DNA of 64,000 nucleotides from an uncultured Gammaproteobacteria bacterium (GCA_964491185.1 CAZBFH010000001.1:16739-80738), one strand, 5' to 3'; shown: positions 27,620 to 38,033, counted from the stretch's first letter. The notes: generated by a model from the letters alone, not told the origin. A program made the numbers and translations.

Positions 27620-29560
27620 ATTCTTAATTAGGATAGAAATCAAACTTATTAAAACTACAGCACTTATCACTAATCCAATATTTACAAATTCCTGAGGTTT
27701 GTAATAAATTTCGAGGCCATAATTCCCATCTTTTGGCAATCTAAAACTGTTAAGATTTTTCTGATATGCTTCACTTCTTACCTCGAAATCCTCCCCTCTT
27801 GCTACCCAACCACTATCAAATCCTTGAGAAAAAACTAGCAAATCTCCTTTTTTAGCATTTTCTAATTTTAATTTATAAAGCGTAGGATTCTTAAATTCCC
27901 AGGAAATAATTAAGCTTCTATCTAAGTCATCCAAGAGAAGTGGTGCTGAAAAGAGATCTGTCTGGGAATACGTCAGATAAGTTTTAATACCTTCGTCAAT
28001 GCTTGTTCTTTGAAGATAATCAATTTTTTCAATTTTATTTATTACCTTTCTTCTTTCAACTTCACTATATTTTCGATCTTTCAAAAAAATTTCTTCATCT
28101 GGATCGGTTGGAATTATGATAAGTCCTACTGAATACCTAGCTAATTCTTCTTCACTGATTTTTTCTATATTTCTCCCCTTGAATAAAACTTCAGAATCGG
28201 ATGACGGAATTGATGGATCAAAATATCCATACTTTTGTCTCTTTGGGACCCAAAGAACTCTTGAAAAAGAATATTGCGAGGAATTATTCTTAAAATTTTT
28301 CAATTCAGAATTTAACTGAACATAGTCCACTGGAATTTCTTTTGGTTTAAAAATCCCGATTAGGTCACCGCTCCAAAATGGCTTGAGAATTAGGAAAAGA
28401 AAAATAACAAATGCGCCCACAATAAGATATCTAAATTTCTCAAATTTATCAGAAATAGAATTAAGGAAATACGGAATAAGAATGCTAAATGAAATTGCAA
28501 TTAATAAATAAAATTTTGTAGAATCCCTAAACAAAGAAAATCCCGGTAATTTTTCAAATAAAAAAATATAAATATCTCCAAAGGGATCACTTGCTCCCTT
28601 TCCTAAAAAAATGCCCACCAAACCGACAACTACAAAAAATAAAATTTCTTTTTTTGCCTTAAACATTAATGACCCAAAGGCTAAAATTGGAAGAACTAAA
28701 AATTCAGGTCTTTGAAAATAAATTTTCCCAAAAATATTTTCAGGCCAGTTGGGATGAAGAAAAGAAATTGTATTTTCTATTGTCGCAAAGCTTAAAAATT
28801 TTACCCCCGCTACAGACGAATAAGAACCCACGAATTGAGCACTTGACCCTAATATAAATGACATAATAGCTGGTAAAATCCAGTATGAATTTATTGCACC
28901 AGCGATCAAAAAGTTTATTAAAATAAAACTTATTTTTTTTAAGTTTATTTTTTTAATAAAAAACGTGAAGTACAAAAATGCGATTAGAAAAGTGAGCACT
29001 GCTACTCTTGGATCAAGCGCAATAACAAACCCCGATATCAAACAAGAAACAAACAAATTTTTATATGTCGTTTCATCAAATAAATTAATTATTCTTAGTA
29101 AAACTAATGGCGCTAATGCATATGCAAATGCGATTCCAAATTGTCCACCTCCAACTATTAAAAGGATATACGTATTAAATGTGAAAATTATTGAAGACAA
29201 ACTTCTAAACAAATCGTTTTTAATAAAAGGTTTTGAAAATTTAAAAGAAGAAAAGATTGATAAGGCAATAAAAGGCAAAAGCCAAAATATCCTTTGAGAA
29301 AACCACCAAGGAATATCTAACGAATTGGAAATAAAGTAAACAAAATTTGCATATAGATCAATCCACATCGTCTTTAAGGCTGATCCTCCAATTCCTCCAT
29401 TTCCCATGTAATCCCAAGATAAAGACCAGAAAGGAAAATAATCACGAGATTCTCTAAAGAGCAGGGGCCAATCATGAGCCACAATTACATATTTTGAAAG
29501 AAACGGCAAACAAAAAATAATTACAAATACAAGAAGCGGTGTGAGCTTAACTATCCTCAT
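27587..29560 (-). CDS. YfhO-like polytopic GT-C glycosyltransferase with large extracytoplasmic domain and C-terminal TM anchor
   Basis: 657 aa. N-terminal AHDWPLLFRESRDYF loop motif and multi-TM core with GASDPFGDIYIFLFEKLPGFSLFRD. C-terminal SQGFDSGWVARGEDFEV...LEIYYKPQEF followed by a final TM helix. Paralog of 29878-33318 and 59872-61524. Confidence 0.55.
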   Translation of the reverse strand: MRIVKLTPLLVFVIIFCLPFLSKYVIVAHDWPLLFRESRDYFPFWSLSWDYMGNGGIGGSALKTMWIDLYANFVYFISNSLDIPWWFSQRIFWLLPFIALSIFSSFKFSKPFIKNDLFRSLSSIIFTFNTYILLIVGGGQFGIAFAYALAPLVLLRIINLFDETTYKNLFVSCLISGFVIALDPRVAVLTFLIAFLYFTFFIKKINLKKISFILINFLIAGAINSYWILPAIMSFILGSSAQFVGSYSSVAGVKFLSFATIENTISFLHPNWPENIFGKIYFQRPEFLVLPILAFGSLMFKAKKEILFFVVVGLVGIFLGKGASDPFGDIYIFLFEKLPGFSLFRDSTKFYLLIAISFSILIPYFLNSISDKFEKFRYLIVGAFVIFLFLILKPFWSGDLIGIFKPKEIPVDYVQLNSELKNFKNNSSQYSFSRVLWVPKRQKYGYFDPSIPSSDSEVLFKGRNIEKISEEELARYSVGLIIIPTDPDEEIFLKDRKYSEVERRKVINKIEKIDYLQRTSIDEGIKTYLTYSQTDLFSAPLLLDDLDRSLIISWEFKNPTLYKLKLENAKKGDLLVFSQGFDSGWVARGEDFEVRSEAYQKNLNSFRLPKDGNYGLEIYYKPQEFVNIGLVISAVVLISLISILIKNLALSYSPRKS

Positions 29561-29891
29561 TTTTTTTAAAAATATAAATATAAATTCCCTGAAATACTCC
29601 CAGAAAAATAGCTACCATACCATAGAATGCTAACTTTTCAGCGATTAAATCCTGTCCTTTTATTAAAAGGAGTTGACATAAAATTATTAGAACTATCGAA
29701 ATTATATAAACGTATCTATACGGAAATCCTAAAATTGAAATCACTATTACTATACTAAATAAAAAAATTACTTGCGAGTCTAAGAAAATATTAAAGTATG
29801 GTAGGGTCGATAAAAAAACAAAAACAATAGAAAGTCCAAGTAAGAGAATCTTCATATTTTTTGGAGTAATATTATTTTTAATTCTTCCCAT
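29547..29891 (-). CDS. Small 4-TM membrane protein (GtrA-like size and topology)
   Basis: 114 aa, four hydrophobic segments. Lies between two YfhO-like genes. Confidence 0.35.
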   Translation of the reverse strand: MGRIKNNITPKNMKILLLGLSIVFVFLSTLPYFNIFLDSQVIFLFSIVIVISILGFPYRYVYIISIVLIILCQLLLIKGQDLIAEKLAFYGMVAIFLGVFQGIYIYIFKKNEDS

Positions 29892-32800
29892 GTTTTAATT
29901 TTAGCAAGATTAATACAAATACAAATAATGTCACTATGCTTATAATTATTCCTATGTAAAATGCTTTCTGAGGTTCGTAAAAGATTGCTATTTCAAAATC
30001 TCCTGTACCGTCAACATACCATGCATTTGAAAATCCGTTTGACTTAATATGATTAACTTCTGGTATTGGGTTAGTTGTAAATACAGGCACTAAACTTCTA
30101 TCAAATACTCTATCTTCTGATTTTAACTCTTTAATTTCTCCGTTAAAATATTCTCTTTTTACTTCATCTTCACTATCCCTGCGATTAAAGACATATGCCT
30201 TCCATCCCGTACTAAAGCTATTTCCAAAATTAAGAAAAAATGGACCTCTTGCATTAGTCACATTGACAACATAATGCGTGGGATTAATCTTTTTAAATGA
30301 GATATTAGGAATATTTTGATCCTCATTTTTTATATTTCTAAATAGATAAATTTTTGGTGAAAGCTTCCTGGTCAGTTTTAGATTCCTAATTGAAATATTG
30401 TTTTTATTTTTAGAAATATTTTTAACAATTAAATTTATGCCATTTGGACTTATACTATTATTTTTTAACTCCTGAGAAACAAGTTCCCAATCAGAATTTT
30501 CATATACATTAAACCTTGAATTTACAGACATGTCATGATCTGTTAAAGTTTCAATTATGGCCTCAGAAGATGTTTTATATTCAAATGTTAATAGATATTT
30601 ATCGTACTCACCAATGTCTTTTAAATTTAGTCTAATACTGTGGCCATTAGCTAAAGAGAACTCATCCAGTCTCTGATCCAAGACTTCACTAGATTCATCA
30701 TTAAGATTAACCCTTAACCTATGCTCACCTTTATCAAGAGTGATCGGACTTTCTAGTTCTATTTCTTTTTCATCCAGCAACATCGATGTAATATTTAATT
30801 TGTCGAAATTCTTAAGCTCATAACTATCCTTTTCCTCAATATTAAAAACTAGATTTTTCTCTTTCAGTGATCTAGGACGCCAAACATCTTTCTCAATCAA
30901 GGAAATATTTGCGTTAACAAATTCCGTTAGGCTAGATACCACTGATCTCAAGCCGTTATCATCTGTATAAAGTGTTTCTAGTAATTCTTTCTGTGAATAC
31001 AGATAAGCGGCTAATTTATATTTATATTTATCATTTTGAAGTCCTTCTAACTGATTAGATCCTTTAAGCGCATTTCCGATCAACTCTTTGTATTCCTGAC
31101 TCAAGACCTGAAGCTTTAATTCATTTTTCTTAGAGCTTACTTGAGACTGATAAAAAATGCCTTCAAATTCAGAAATTCTTGCATGTGAAAACGCTAGATT
31201 TAGATCAATTTTCTGTGCGGGGTCAGTAACTTGAGATCTCAACTTATTTTCCTTACTTATCTTGAATCGATAGAAAATAGATCCAGGCAAAACATTAGCT
31301 TTGGGTACTAATAGATTTATCCTCATTGACTCGTACTCCCGGTCAGAACATAAGATACACTCTGGCTTATTATAAATTTGATTACTAATTTTGTTAATTA
31401 TTCCCTGCTTGCCAGCATTTTCCACATCCTCATTAATCGATAATATTCTTTCCTGTTTTTCATTAGAAATTAGATCTAAGCTACTGTCTAATTCAAGATT
31501 AGAGCTAATTATTTTAAGCGGAGAGTAAAAAAGCGGAAGATAATAAGAAGAATTTACATTTAAAATTTCCCATTCACCAAATATTTTATCTGATTTTATT
31601 TCTTTGTTTTCTAATAATTCTTTTTTTTCTGATTGAATTATATTATCTCTATTTGATTTATTACTATAGATGATATCGTTTCTGACTAAGATTTTATTTA
31701 TTCCGGTTCTACCTAAGAGTTTCGTAAAGGATTCTGAATTGTTTTTTTCAGTTGCTTTATAGATTTGATTAACAATCTCGGGAGCCACTGTATCATTGGA
31801 AACTACTGAATTGTTCAGCGAAAGAAACGATAATGGCTCAAGACTCCAAAATCCCCAACCATAACTATCTACTTTATAGAGTGGGTCCAATTTCGGAATA
31901 AGGATTAACCTATTACTTGAGTCCAAACTATTCAAATATGTGTTTGAATCGTAAACATAATTTGGTACTGAAACTTTTGTTACAAACGGTTTATTGAATT
32001 GAAAAAAGTTAGAATTAAAAAATGGAAAATGGTAAACAAGAAGTATTAATATGACAAAAAATCCAACCATATTAAACATAATTTTATTCCGGATAAACTT
32101 ATTGAGAATTAAATTTAAATAAAAACTTGAAAGAAGAATTAATGAAAACCAAACCGCAGGACCAAATTTATAAATAGCGGATCTAAAAATAGCAAATCCC
32201 GGAATATGTTCAACTAAAAAAATATAAATAAACCCAAAAGGAGGATGTGATCCACCCGCAAACACGATCCCAACAAATAAAACGATAAAAAGTAAATGTA
32301 TTAAATCCTGCTGTTTTTTTATCATATCTTTTCTGTTTTGAAAAAATAATCCAAAAAGTATTAACAGTATTGGAACAAAACTCAAAACAATTAGAGCTGG
32401 ATTATTTATGAAATGATATGAGAATGAGTGACTTGGGTTATCATACCAATCAGGAATTCCCTGAAGCCTAATTAGATTTAGTACACTCGCATACTTATTT
32501 ATGGCGTTCTCCCATGCAAGTATTCCAGATATTCCTCCAATTGAAGAAAGTACACCCGAGTAACCATTTAATGCAGTGTAAATCTGAGGCAAAATAAAGT
32601 AAGCATTAATTGATAAAAATCCTAAGGCGAATAGAGCCACTGTTTTAAATGTATGAACTATTGCTTTAAATCCCGATTCTCTAATATTTAAAATTGTTAC
32701 GAAAACGAACGTTAATCCGTAAACAAGAATTAAAGATCCATAAAGCGGGGGTGAACCCCCACCATTCAAAAAAAATGAAAGAATAGAAAAGAGAATTGTT

Positions 32801-33318
32801 CCTTTTACCAATGAGTACTGCTTATTTAATGTTTTATAAATTATAAGAAGTCCCAAGGGAAGTGCTGCAAATAAAGAAAACTTTGCTCTCTCCGCGATAA
32901 ACCATGCCTGTAAAATAAAGAAATTGTACATGTGGAAAATGCTGCCAAAAATTCTCATAATCCAAAATTCTTTTTGAGGGAAAAAATTTCGTATGAATAT
33001 ATACATAGAAATTCCCATCACAAAAAACCAGAAAACGAAAGCCGCTTTTTGTCCCATAGCTAACGAGCCTAAAATAACGCTAAAGAAAGTTTCCGGGAAC
33101 TGAATAACAAGAAAGCCTTTAAGTATCCCCCAGTCAGTTCCGAAGTTGTGAAGAAAGTTCCATGAGTAAAATAAATTTATTAAATGATTGAGATAATTAA
33201 GCCTGAATCCTGAATCATGGCCTATTATTGCTTCTCCGTTTCGAAGCCACCACAACGGAGTGAGACTTGCCAAAAAAACCAGTAAAATTTCCTTGTGTTT
33301 CTTAAAATTTTTAATCAT
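29878..33318 (-). CDS. Giant YfhO-like GT-C membrane protein (1146 aa) with expanded Asn/Ser/Lys-rich extracytoplasmic region and C-terminal TM anchor
   Basis: N-terminal GHDSGFRLNYLNHL and GGSHPPFGFIYIFLVEHIPGFAIFRS align with the 657-aa paralog. C-terminal FGNSFSTGWKAYV...FEIAIFYEPQKAFYIGIIISIVTLFVFVLILL. Confidence 0.55.
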   Translation of the reverse strand: MIKNFKKHKEILLVFLASLTPLWWLRNGEAIIGHDSGFRLNYLNHLINLFYSWNFLHNFGTDWGILKGFLVIQFPETFFSVILGSLAMGQKAAFVFWFFVMGISMYIFIRNFFPQKEFWIMRIFGSIFHMYNFFILQAWFIAERAKFSLFAALPLGLLIIYKTLNKQYSLVKGTILFSILSFFLNGGGSPPLYGSLILVYGLTFVFVTILNIRESGFKAIVHTFKTVALFALGFLSINAYFILPQIYTALNGYSGVLSSIGGISGILAWENAINKYASVLNLIRLQGIPDWYDNPSHSFSYHFINNPALIVLSFVPILLILFGLFFQNRKDMIKKQQDLIHLLFIVLFVGIVFAGGSHPPFGFIYIFLVEHIPGFAIFRSAIYKFGPAVWFSLILLSSFYLNLILNKFIRNKIMFNMVGFFVILILLVYHFPFFNSNFFQFNKPFVTKVSVPNYVYDSNTYLNSLDSSNRLILIPKLDPLYKVDSYGWGFWSLEPLSFLSLNNSVVSNDTVAPEIVNQIYKATEKNNSESFTKLLGRTGINKILVRNDIIYSNKSNRDNIIQSEKKELLENKEIKSDKIFGEWEILNVNSSYYLPLFYSPLKIISSNLELDSSLDLISNEKQERILSINEDVENAGKQGIINKISNQIYNKPECILCSDREYESMRINLLVPKANVLPGSIFYRFKISKENKLRSQVTDPAQKIDLNLAFSHARISEFEGIFYQSQVSSKKNELKLQVLSQEYKELIGNALKGSNQLEGLQNDKYKYKLAAYLYSQKELLETLYTDDNGLRSVVSSLTEFVNANISLIEKDVWRPRSLKEKNLVFNIEEKDSYELKNFDKLNITSMLLDEKEIELESPITLDKGEHRLRVNLNDESSEVLDQRLDEFSLANGHSIRLNLKDIGEYDKYLLTFEYKTSSEAIIETLTDHDMSVNSRFNVYENSDWELVSQELKNNSISPNGINLIVKNISKNKNNISIRNLKLTRKLSPKIYLFRNIKNEDQNIPNISFKKINPTHYVVNVTNARGPFFLNFGNSFSTGWKAYVFNRRDSEDEVKREYFNGEIKELKSEDRVFDRSLVPVFTTNPIPEVNHIKSNGFSNAWYVDGTGDFEIAIFYEPQKAFYIGIIISIVTLFVFVLILLKLKHGKN

Positions 33319-34972
33319 TTTTTTGACTACTAATACTTGCTACTCTTTCTCTTGTCTCATCTGTGATATCTATAACTTTTTGATTACTACTATCGATAAA
33401 AAAACCGTGAACCATTTCAGTTTCCAATTTTTTTTCTTTTATTTCGCTGATCATCTTATCAATATCTTGATAATAACCAAAACTAAGTGCGCCTTTTGCC
33501 TTGTATCCTTCAGCACCCAAATCCCAAAGATAATTTTCTTCTAAAAAGGCTTTCGGAATTTTTCCTGAATCAAAATACCATACCTCTAAAACATAACCTA
33601 AGCCATTTTGAAATGGATTAGTGATATTTCCATAATAGTTTTTATCGCTTATTACGTAAAAAATAGAATTATTATCTGGTGTAGGATAAATTTTCTTAAT
33701 TCCATTTAAAACTTTTACCCTCTCTGATCCAATTTTCTCCTGATAATTAATTTCATTTTTTATTACCTCTGCATGATGAAAGAAAAAGAATACCGTAATT
33801 GGAATTATCAAAAATTTCGCAAATCTATTTAAGCTAGATAAGTGATAAGCCACAAAACCAAATAATATAGAAGCTGTTACTGCTCCAACATAAAAATATC
33901 TTGATGAAAGATATGAACTGTCCCTATGAACAACCATGTAGGGAAGGAAGCTTAGAAAGAAAAAAGCAAGACAAAAAATAATATTTCTCTTAGTATTCCT
34001 ATCTTTTAACCTAAGAATAATTATTAGGATTATCCCCAAAATCGAAAAAGATCCAATTACTGAAACCATATCTGCAGCTAGACTTTGCGCAACTAAATCT
34101 CTTGCTGGAGAATCTATAAGAAATTTATACTGAGTTTTAATAATTTCAGGAGTCAAATTGTAGAGATCCGTAGGTGGAACAAAAATCTGAAACAGAGAAG
34201 TAAGCGGATATAAAACTACGTGAACAAGTGCAGACTTAATGGGACTTTGCCCTGCATTTACAAAGCCCACAGCATTATCGGTCCTGAAGAATAAACCAAG
34301 ATATCTAAAAAAACCAATGAGAGAGCCATAAATTAGCAAAGGTAAATGAACAATGAACGCTTCTCTTATTTTTATTTTTTCTTTAAAAGTAAAATAAGTT
34401 AAAGGATATAAAATAAATAAAAACAAAGCACTCTCCTTAAAAAGGAGAGAGATGAGTCCCAATAGATAACTTAGGTATAAAGTTTTTCTTTTCTCTGATT
34501 TTAAAAATTCTATGAAAAAAATTACCGAAAGAATTAGAAATGTTGTTGCGGGTAATCCACCCACAGCGGCAGCCCATGTCACAGCCTGGGAAGAAACGCT
34601 GGAAACTAAAAAGAACAATGATGCACTAAAAGAAATCCATGTTTTGTTAAAAAGTTTTTTCGCTAATATATAAACCAAAAGCGCGTTAATAACATGAATG
34701 GAAACAGCGAATGCGGCAATGGGTAAAATTTCAAATCTAAAATAATTGAGCAAAATTAAGTTAAGTGCGCGACTTAATGGTCTCCCACCCCCCAGCAAAA
34801 GCTGCTCCGGAGTTGTGTAATGAACAATATTACCGACTCCCTGAACTAAATTATGACCAATAGCTTGCCACTCATCTTGTTGATAAAAAGTTTTTGGGAG
34901 ATCCCAAAAGATAAATAAAGCCAATATTATTATTACCGGTAAATAAAAGTATTTTTTAATTATTTCGAGCAT
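33311..34972 (-). CDS. Polytopic GT-C-like membrane protein (PMT_2/GT39-like) with C-terminal soluble domain
   Basis: 553 aa. First extracytoplasmic loop YQQDEWQAIGHN with acidic DE motif, then about 11 TM helices. Confidence 0.45.
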   Translation of the reverse strand: MLEIIKKYFYLPVIIILALFIFWDLPKTFYQQDEWQAIGHNLVQGVGNIVHYTTPEQLLLGGGRPLSRALNLILLNYFRFEILPIAAFAVSIHVINALLVYILAKKLFNKTWISFSASLFFLVSSVSSQAVTWAAAVGGLPATTFLILSVIFFIEFLKSEKRKTLYLSYLLGLISLLFKESALFLFILYPLTYFTFKEKIKIREAFIVHLPLLIYGSLIGFFRYLGLFFRTDNAVGFVNAGQSPIKSALVHVVLYPLTSLFQIFVPPTDLYNLTPEIIKTQYKFLIDSPARDLVAQSLAADMVSVIGSFSILGIILIIILRLKDRNTKRNIIFCLAFFFLSFLPYMVVHRDSSYLSSRYFYVGAVTASILFGFVAYHLSSLNRFAKFLIIPITVFFFFHHAEVIKNEINYQEKIGSERVKVLNGIKKIYPTPDNNSIFYVISDKNYYGNITNPFQNGLGYVLEVWYFDSGKIPKAFLEENYLWDLGAEGYKAKGALSFGYYQDIDKMISEIKEKKLETEMVHGFFIDSSNQKVIDITDETRERVASISSQKND

Positions 34973-35948
34973 TTTGAGAATCTCTATACCATTCTATAGT
35001 TTTTTTTAAACCTTCGTCCAACATCACTTTAGGTTCATAGCCTATTTCTTTCCTAGCTTTCGTATTGTCACTATTCCTTCTCGGACTACCATTTGGCTTT
35101 GAAGTATCAAGCTCTATTTCATATTTCTTACCTGAGATTTTTAATATTTTTTCTACCAACTCTCTTACTGAAACCTCTTCATCGGTACCCAAATTAATTG
35201 GATCAGGCACAGGATATTTTTCTATAGCATGAATCATTAACTCAGCAAGGTCTGTGACATACAGGAAGGCCCGAGTTTGTTTTCCATCTCCCCAAACTAT
35301 TACAGGATTCTCTCCTTCAGTTATTCTTTTAATAAGTGCGGGAATTACATGAGAAGTTTGCGTGTCAAAATGGTCTCGGGGTCCATAACAGTTATAAGGC
35401 CTCACAATTCCAACCTTCATTCCAAACTCTTGTGCGTAATAATAACCTGACTTCTCATTTATTCTTTTTGCCCACCCATATCCTCCATTCGTAGGTTCGG
35501 GTTCATCTAAAAATCCTTCTGACTCAGGCGTCGGCACACTACAATTTCTTGGATAAACACATGCAGAGGAAATAATCAAAAACCTTTCTACTCCAGCTTT
35601 TCTGGCAGATTCAATCATTACAGAACCTATAAGTAAATTATCCCGAAGCATAGTCGCTTGGTGTTTTCTGTTATAGTCTATGCCTCCTACTCTAGCGGCA
35701 AGATTCATAACAATGCTTTGCCCCTGACAGGCTTTTTCTGAAATACTAGAATCAGTGCAGTCACCTTGAATAAATTGGAATTTCCCAGCATACGCTTCTA
35801 AATTCTTTATGCTTCCATTCTGAAGATTATCTAAAACTGTCACAACTGCTCCTCTTTCAATTAATTTTTCTACAACGTGACTCCCTATAAAACCTGCCCC
35901 ACCAGTAACTAATACTTTTTTATTTTTCCAAAACTGTGAGGTTTTCAT
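34956..35948 (-). CDS. NAD-dependent NDP-sugar epimerase/reductase (extended SDR)
   Basis: 330 aa. VLVTGGAGFIGSHVVEKL Rossmann motif, VLDNLQNGS, catalytic YGWAK (YxxxK), GKQTRAFLYVTDLAE. The SSACVYP segment lacks the Asp-Glu dyad of 4,6-dehydratases. Confidence 0.65.
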   Translation of the reverse strand: MKTSQFWKNKKVLVTGGAGFIGSHVVEKLIERGAVVTVLDNLQNGSIKNLEAYAGKFQFIQGDCTDSSISEKACQGQSIVMNLAARVGGIDYNRKHQATMLRDNLLIGSVMIESARKAGVERFLIISSACVYPRNCSVPTPESEGFLDEPEPTNGGYGWAKRINEKSGYYYAQEFGMKVGIVRPYNCYGPRDHFDTQTSHVIPALIKRITEGENPVIVWGDGKQTRAFLYVTDLAELMIHAIEKYPVPDPINLGTDEEVSVRELVEKILKISGKKYEIELDTSKPNGSPRRNSDNTKARKEIGYEPKVMLDEGLKKTIEWYRDSQNARNN

Positions 35949-36886
35949 TTTTTGGCTAAAATGTATAGACCTGGCCAGAATAAATCTGTACTTGAGGCAA
36001 CAAATCTGGCAATTTTTCTAAGAATATCAAATTTAAAATATTCAAAAAGTAATGGCACTTCTAATCGATTTACATCAATGTTTGATTTTTTAAATCCTGA
36101 CTCTTTAAATATTTTTCGAAGTTGTCTCTTCGTAAATGAATATTCATATCCATAAATCATACGTCTACTTTTAAATATTTTTATATGCACAAATTCAGCA
36201 ATTTGTTTTAAGACCGGAGCATTTGGGATGTTTCCCCAGACCTGCCTATATGTTAAAGATCCTAGGTTAAGATAAGGCACAGTATTGAATGCTACTCCGC
36301 CTGCTTTCAAGACCCTGTAATTCTCTTTTACAACTCCTACTGTGTCTTTAAAATGCTCAATTACTCCTCCACCATATAAAAGATCAAACGTGTTTTCTTT
36401 AAATGGCATCTTAGAAATATCACCACAGACTAATAGGTAATTCTTTATCTTTTCCTCATCTAAATAAAATTTAGCAAGCCTAAGCGCATTAACAGAGTAA
36501 TCAATTCCGACCACAAACGATCCCATTTTAGCTAGTTCTTGCCCTACAAAAAAAGGTCCACATCCAATCTCTAAATATTTCTTGTTTTTCAATGATGCAA
36601 AATTTCTCTTTATATATTTCATATTAGAATCAAGATAAGTATTTTGAAAACCTCTCTTTAAGCCCATGAGCTCTTTCTTATTTACCGTTTTTTTATATTC
36701 GTCATCCCATTTCTCAAGAGATAGCTTTACATCTTTCGCCATTGAGGAAGGTAGAAGAACTGGAACGTTATTTACGATGGGATAGTCTAGTTGACACTTA
36801 ACGCATTTTAGTTTTTTATTTTTCAAAACCAGATTTCCCCTACACTCAGGGCAACACAGAAACTTTACGTATTCTTCTTTAAACAT
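35945..36886 (-). CDS. SAM-dependent methyltransferase with N-terminal Trm112-like zinc ribbon
   Basis: 313 aa. CCPEC..CVKC four-Cys ribbon followed by class I MTase motif YLEIGCGPFFVGQELAKMGSFVVGIDYS. Confidence 0.65.
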   Translation of the reverse strand: MFKEEYVKFLCCPECRGNLVLKNKKLKCVKCQLDYPIVNNVPVLLPSSMAKDVKLSLEKWDDEYKKTVNKKELMGLKRGFQNTYLDSNMKYIKRNFASLKNKKYLEIGCGPFFVGQELAKMGSFVVGIDYSVNALRLAKFYLDEEKIKNYLLVCGDISKMPFKENTFDLLYGGGVIEHFKDTVGVVKENYRVLKAGGVAFNTVPYLNLGSLTYRQVWGNIPNAPVLKQIAEFVHIKIFKSRRMIYGYEYSFTKRQLRKIFKESGFKKSNIDVNRLEVPLLFEYFKFDILRKIARFVASSTDLFWPGLYILAKK

Positions 36887-38033
36887 AATTGATATGGTTC
36901 AATTTTTTAAATGCACTGTCAAACACATTATCCCATGAATATTCTCTTGAAAGCTTAATTGAATTTTCCCTCATCACCTCAAGTTGTTTTTTATTAGATA
37001 AGGATTCGATAATTGAAGATGACAAATCTGAAATATTATCCGAAGTTAATACACCTGCATTTCTATTTTTTATAACATCCGCTATGTGTGAAATATTTGT
37101 CATAACTATTGGCAGACCTGCTCCCAGGTAAGTTTTTATTTTACCAGGGTCTGTGAAGTATTTAAAGCTCTTTTTTGTTATTAGATATGGGGCAATTCCA
37201 AGTTGCGACTGAGAAAGGATTTTATCCACATCCCTATTTTCTTTAACAAACCCCAAAAACTCGACATTCTTTTCAACTTTTAGCTTCCTAGCCATCGCGG
37301 TTAACAAATCAAGCTCTTCACCCGAACCAATGATGGTAAGTTTTGTTGTGGGAATTTTTTTTACAATCATAGGCATGCTCTCAATCAAAAGATTAATGCC
37401 TTGGTCTTTAGATAAAATTCCTAAATAAACTATTGAGTTCTCTTTTTTATTATTTTTTATTTTCGTAGGATTACAACCCACAGGCACTGTTATTTGTTTT
37501 TTTAAATATTTATCTTTTAGCCCATTATTACATCTGGCTACTGCCATTTGATCTGATAAGTTCCACGTCTGATCTGAGTATTTAACACAAAACAAATCTA
37601 TGTAGTTATAAATTTTATTTAGAATTGGATTCTTAAATCTATAAGGCACATAATCGATTACGTAATAAATAACTTTATCAACCTTTCCCAATTTTTTTAG
37701 AATAATTCCAGTTAAAGCATTTAAATTATCAACGCCAAAATAAATATTTGTTTTTTCATTTCTTAAAAAATAAATTAAATTAAAAAATACATCTTTTATA
37801 AAAAATAAAAACTCTGGTCCAAAACCTGAAACACTTTCCGTTTCACTTTTTAATTCTCCGCTCTTATAAAGCTTAATATTAGATTTTAACGAAACACTAT
37901 CTCTTGCCCCCTTAAATGGATGAGTTATATAAACAATTTTGTTTGATTTTTTTAAAAGATAAAAAAGTAATTCCTCTTCAACTAGAGATGTAATCGTATA
38001 CGTATGATGAATAATTGCTATTTTTGAATACAT
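36879..38033 (-). CDS. GT4-like glycosyltransferase (paralog of 50120-51268)
   Basis: 384 aa. GIILKKLGKVDKVIYYVIDYVPYRFKNPILNKIYNYID aligns with GLILKKTGKVNKLISFTVDYSPKRFSNSVLNNLYHFID in the 50120 gene. Confidence 0.65.
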   Translation of the reverse strand: MYSKIAIIHHTYTITSLVEEELLFYLLKKSNKIVYITHPFKGARDSVSLKSNIKLYKSGELKSETESVSGFGPEFLFFIKDVFFNLIYFLRNEKTNIYFGVDNLNALTGIILKKLGKVDKVIYYVIDYVPYRFKNPILNKIYNYIDLFCVKYSDQTWNLSDQMAVARCNNGLKDKYLKKQITVPVGCNPTKIKNNKKENSIVYLGILSKDQGINLLIESMPMIVKKIPTTKLTIIGSGEELDLLTAMARKLKVEKNVEFLGFVKENRDVDKILSQSQLGIAPYLITKKSFKYFTDPGKIKTYLGAGLPIVMTNISHIADVIKNRNAGVLTSDNISDLSSSIIESLSNKKQLEVMRENSIKLSREYSWDNVFDSAFKKLNHINYV

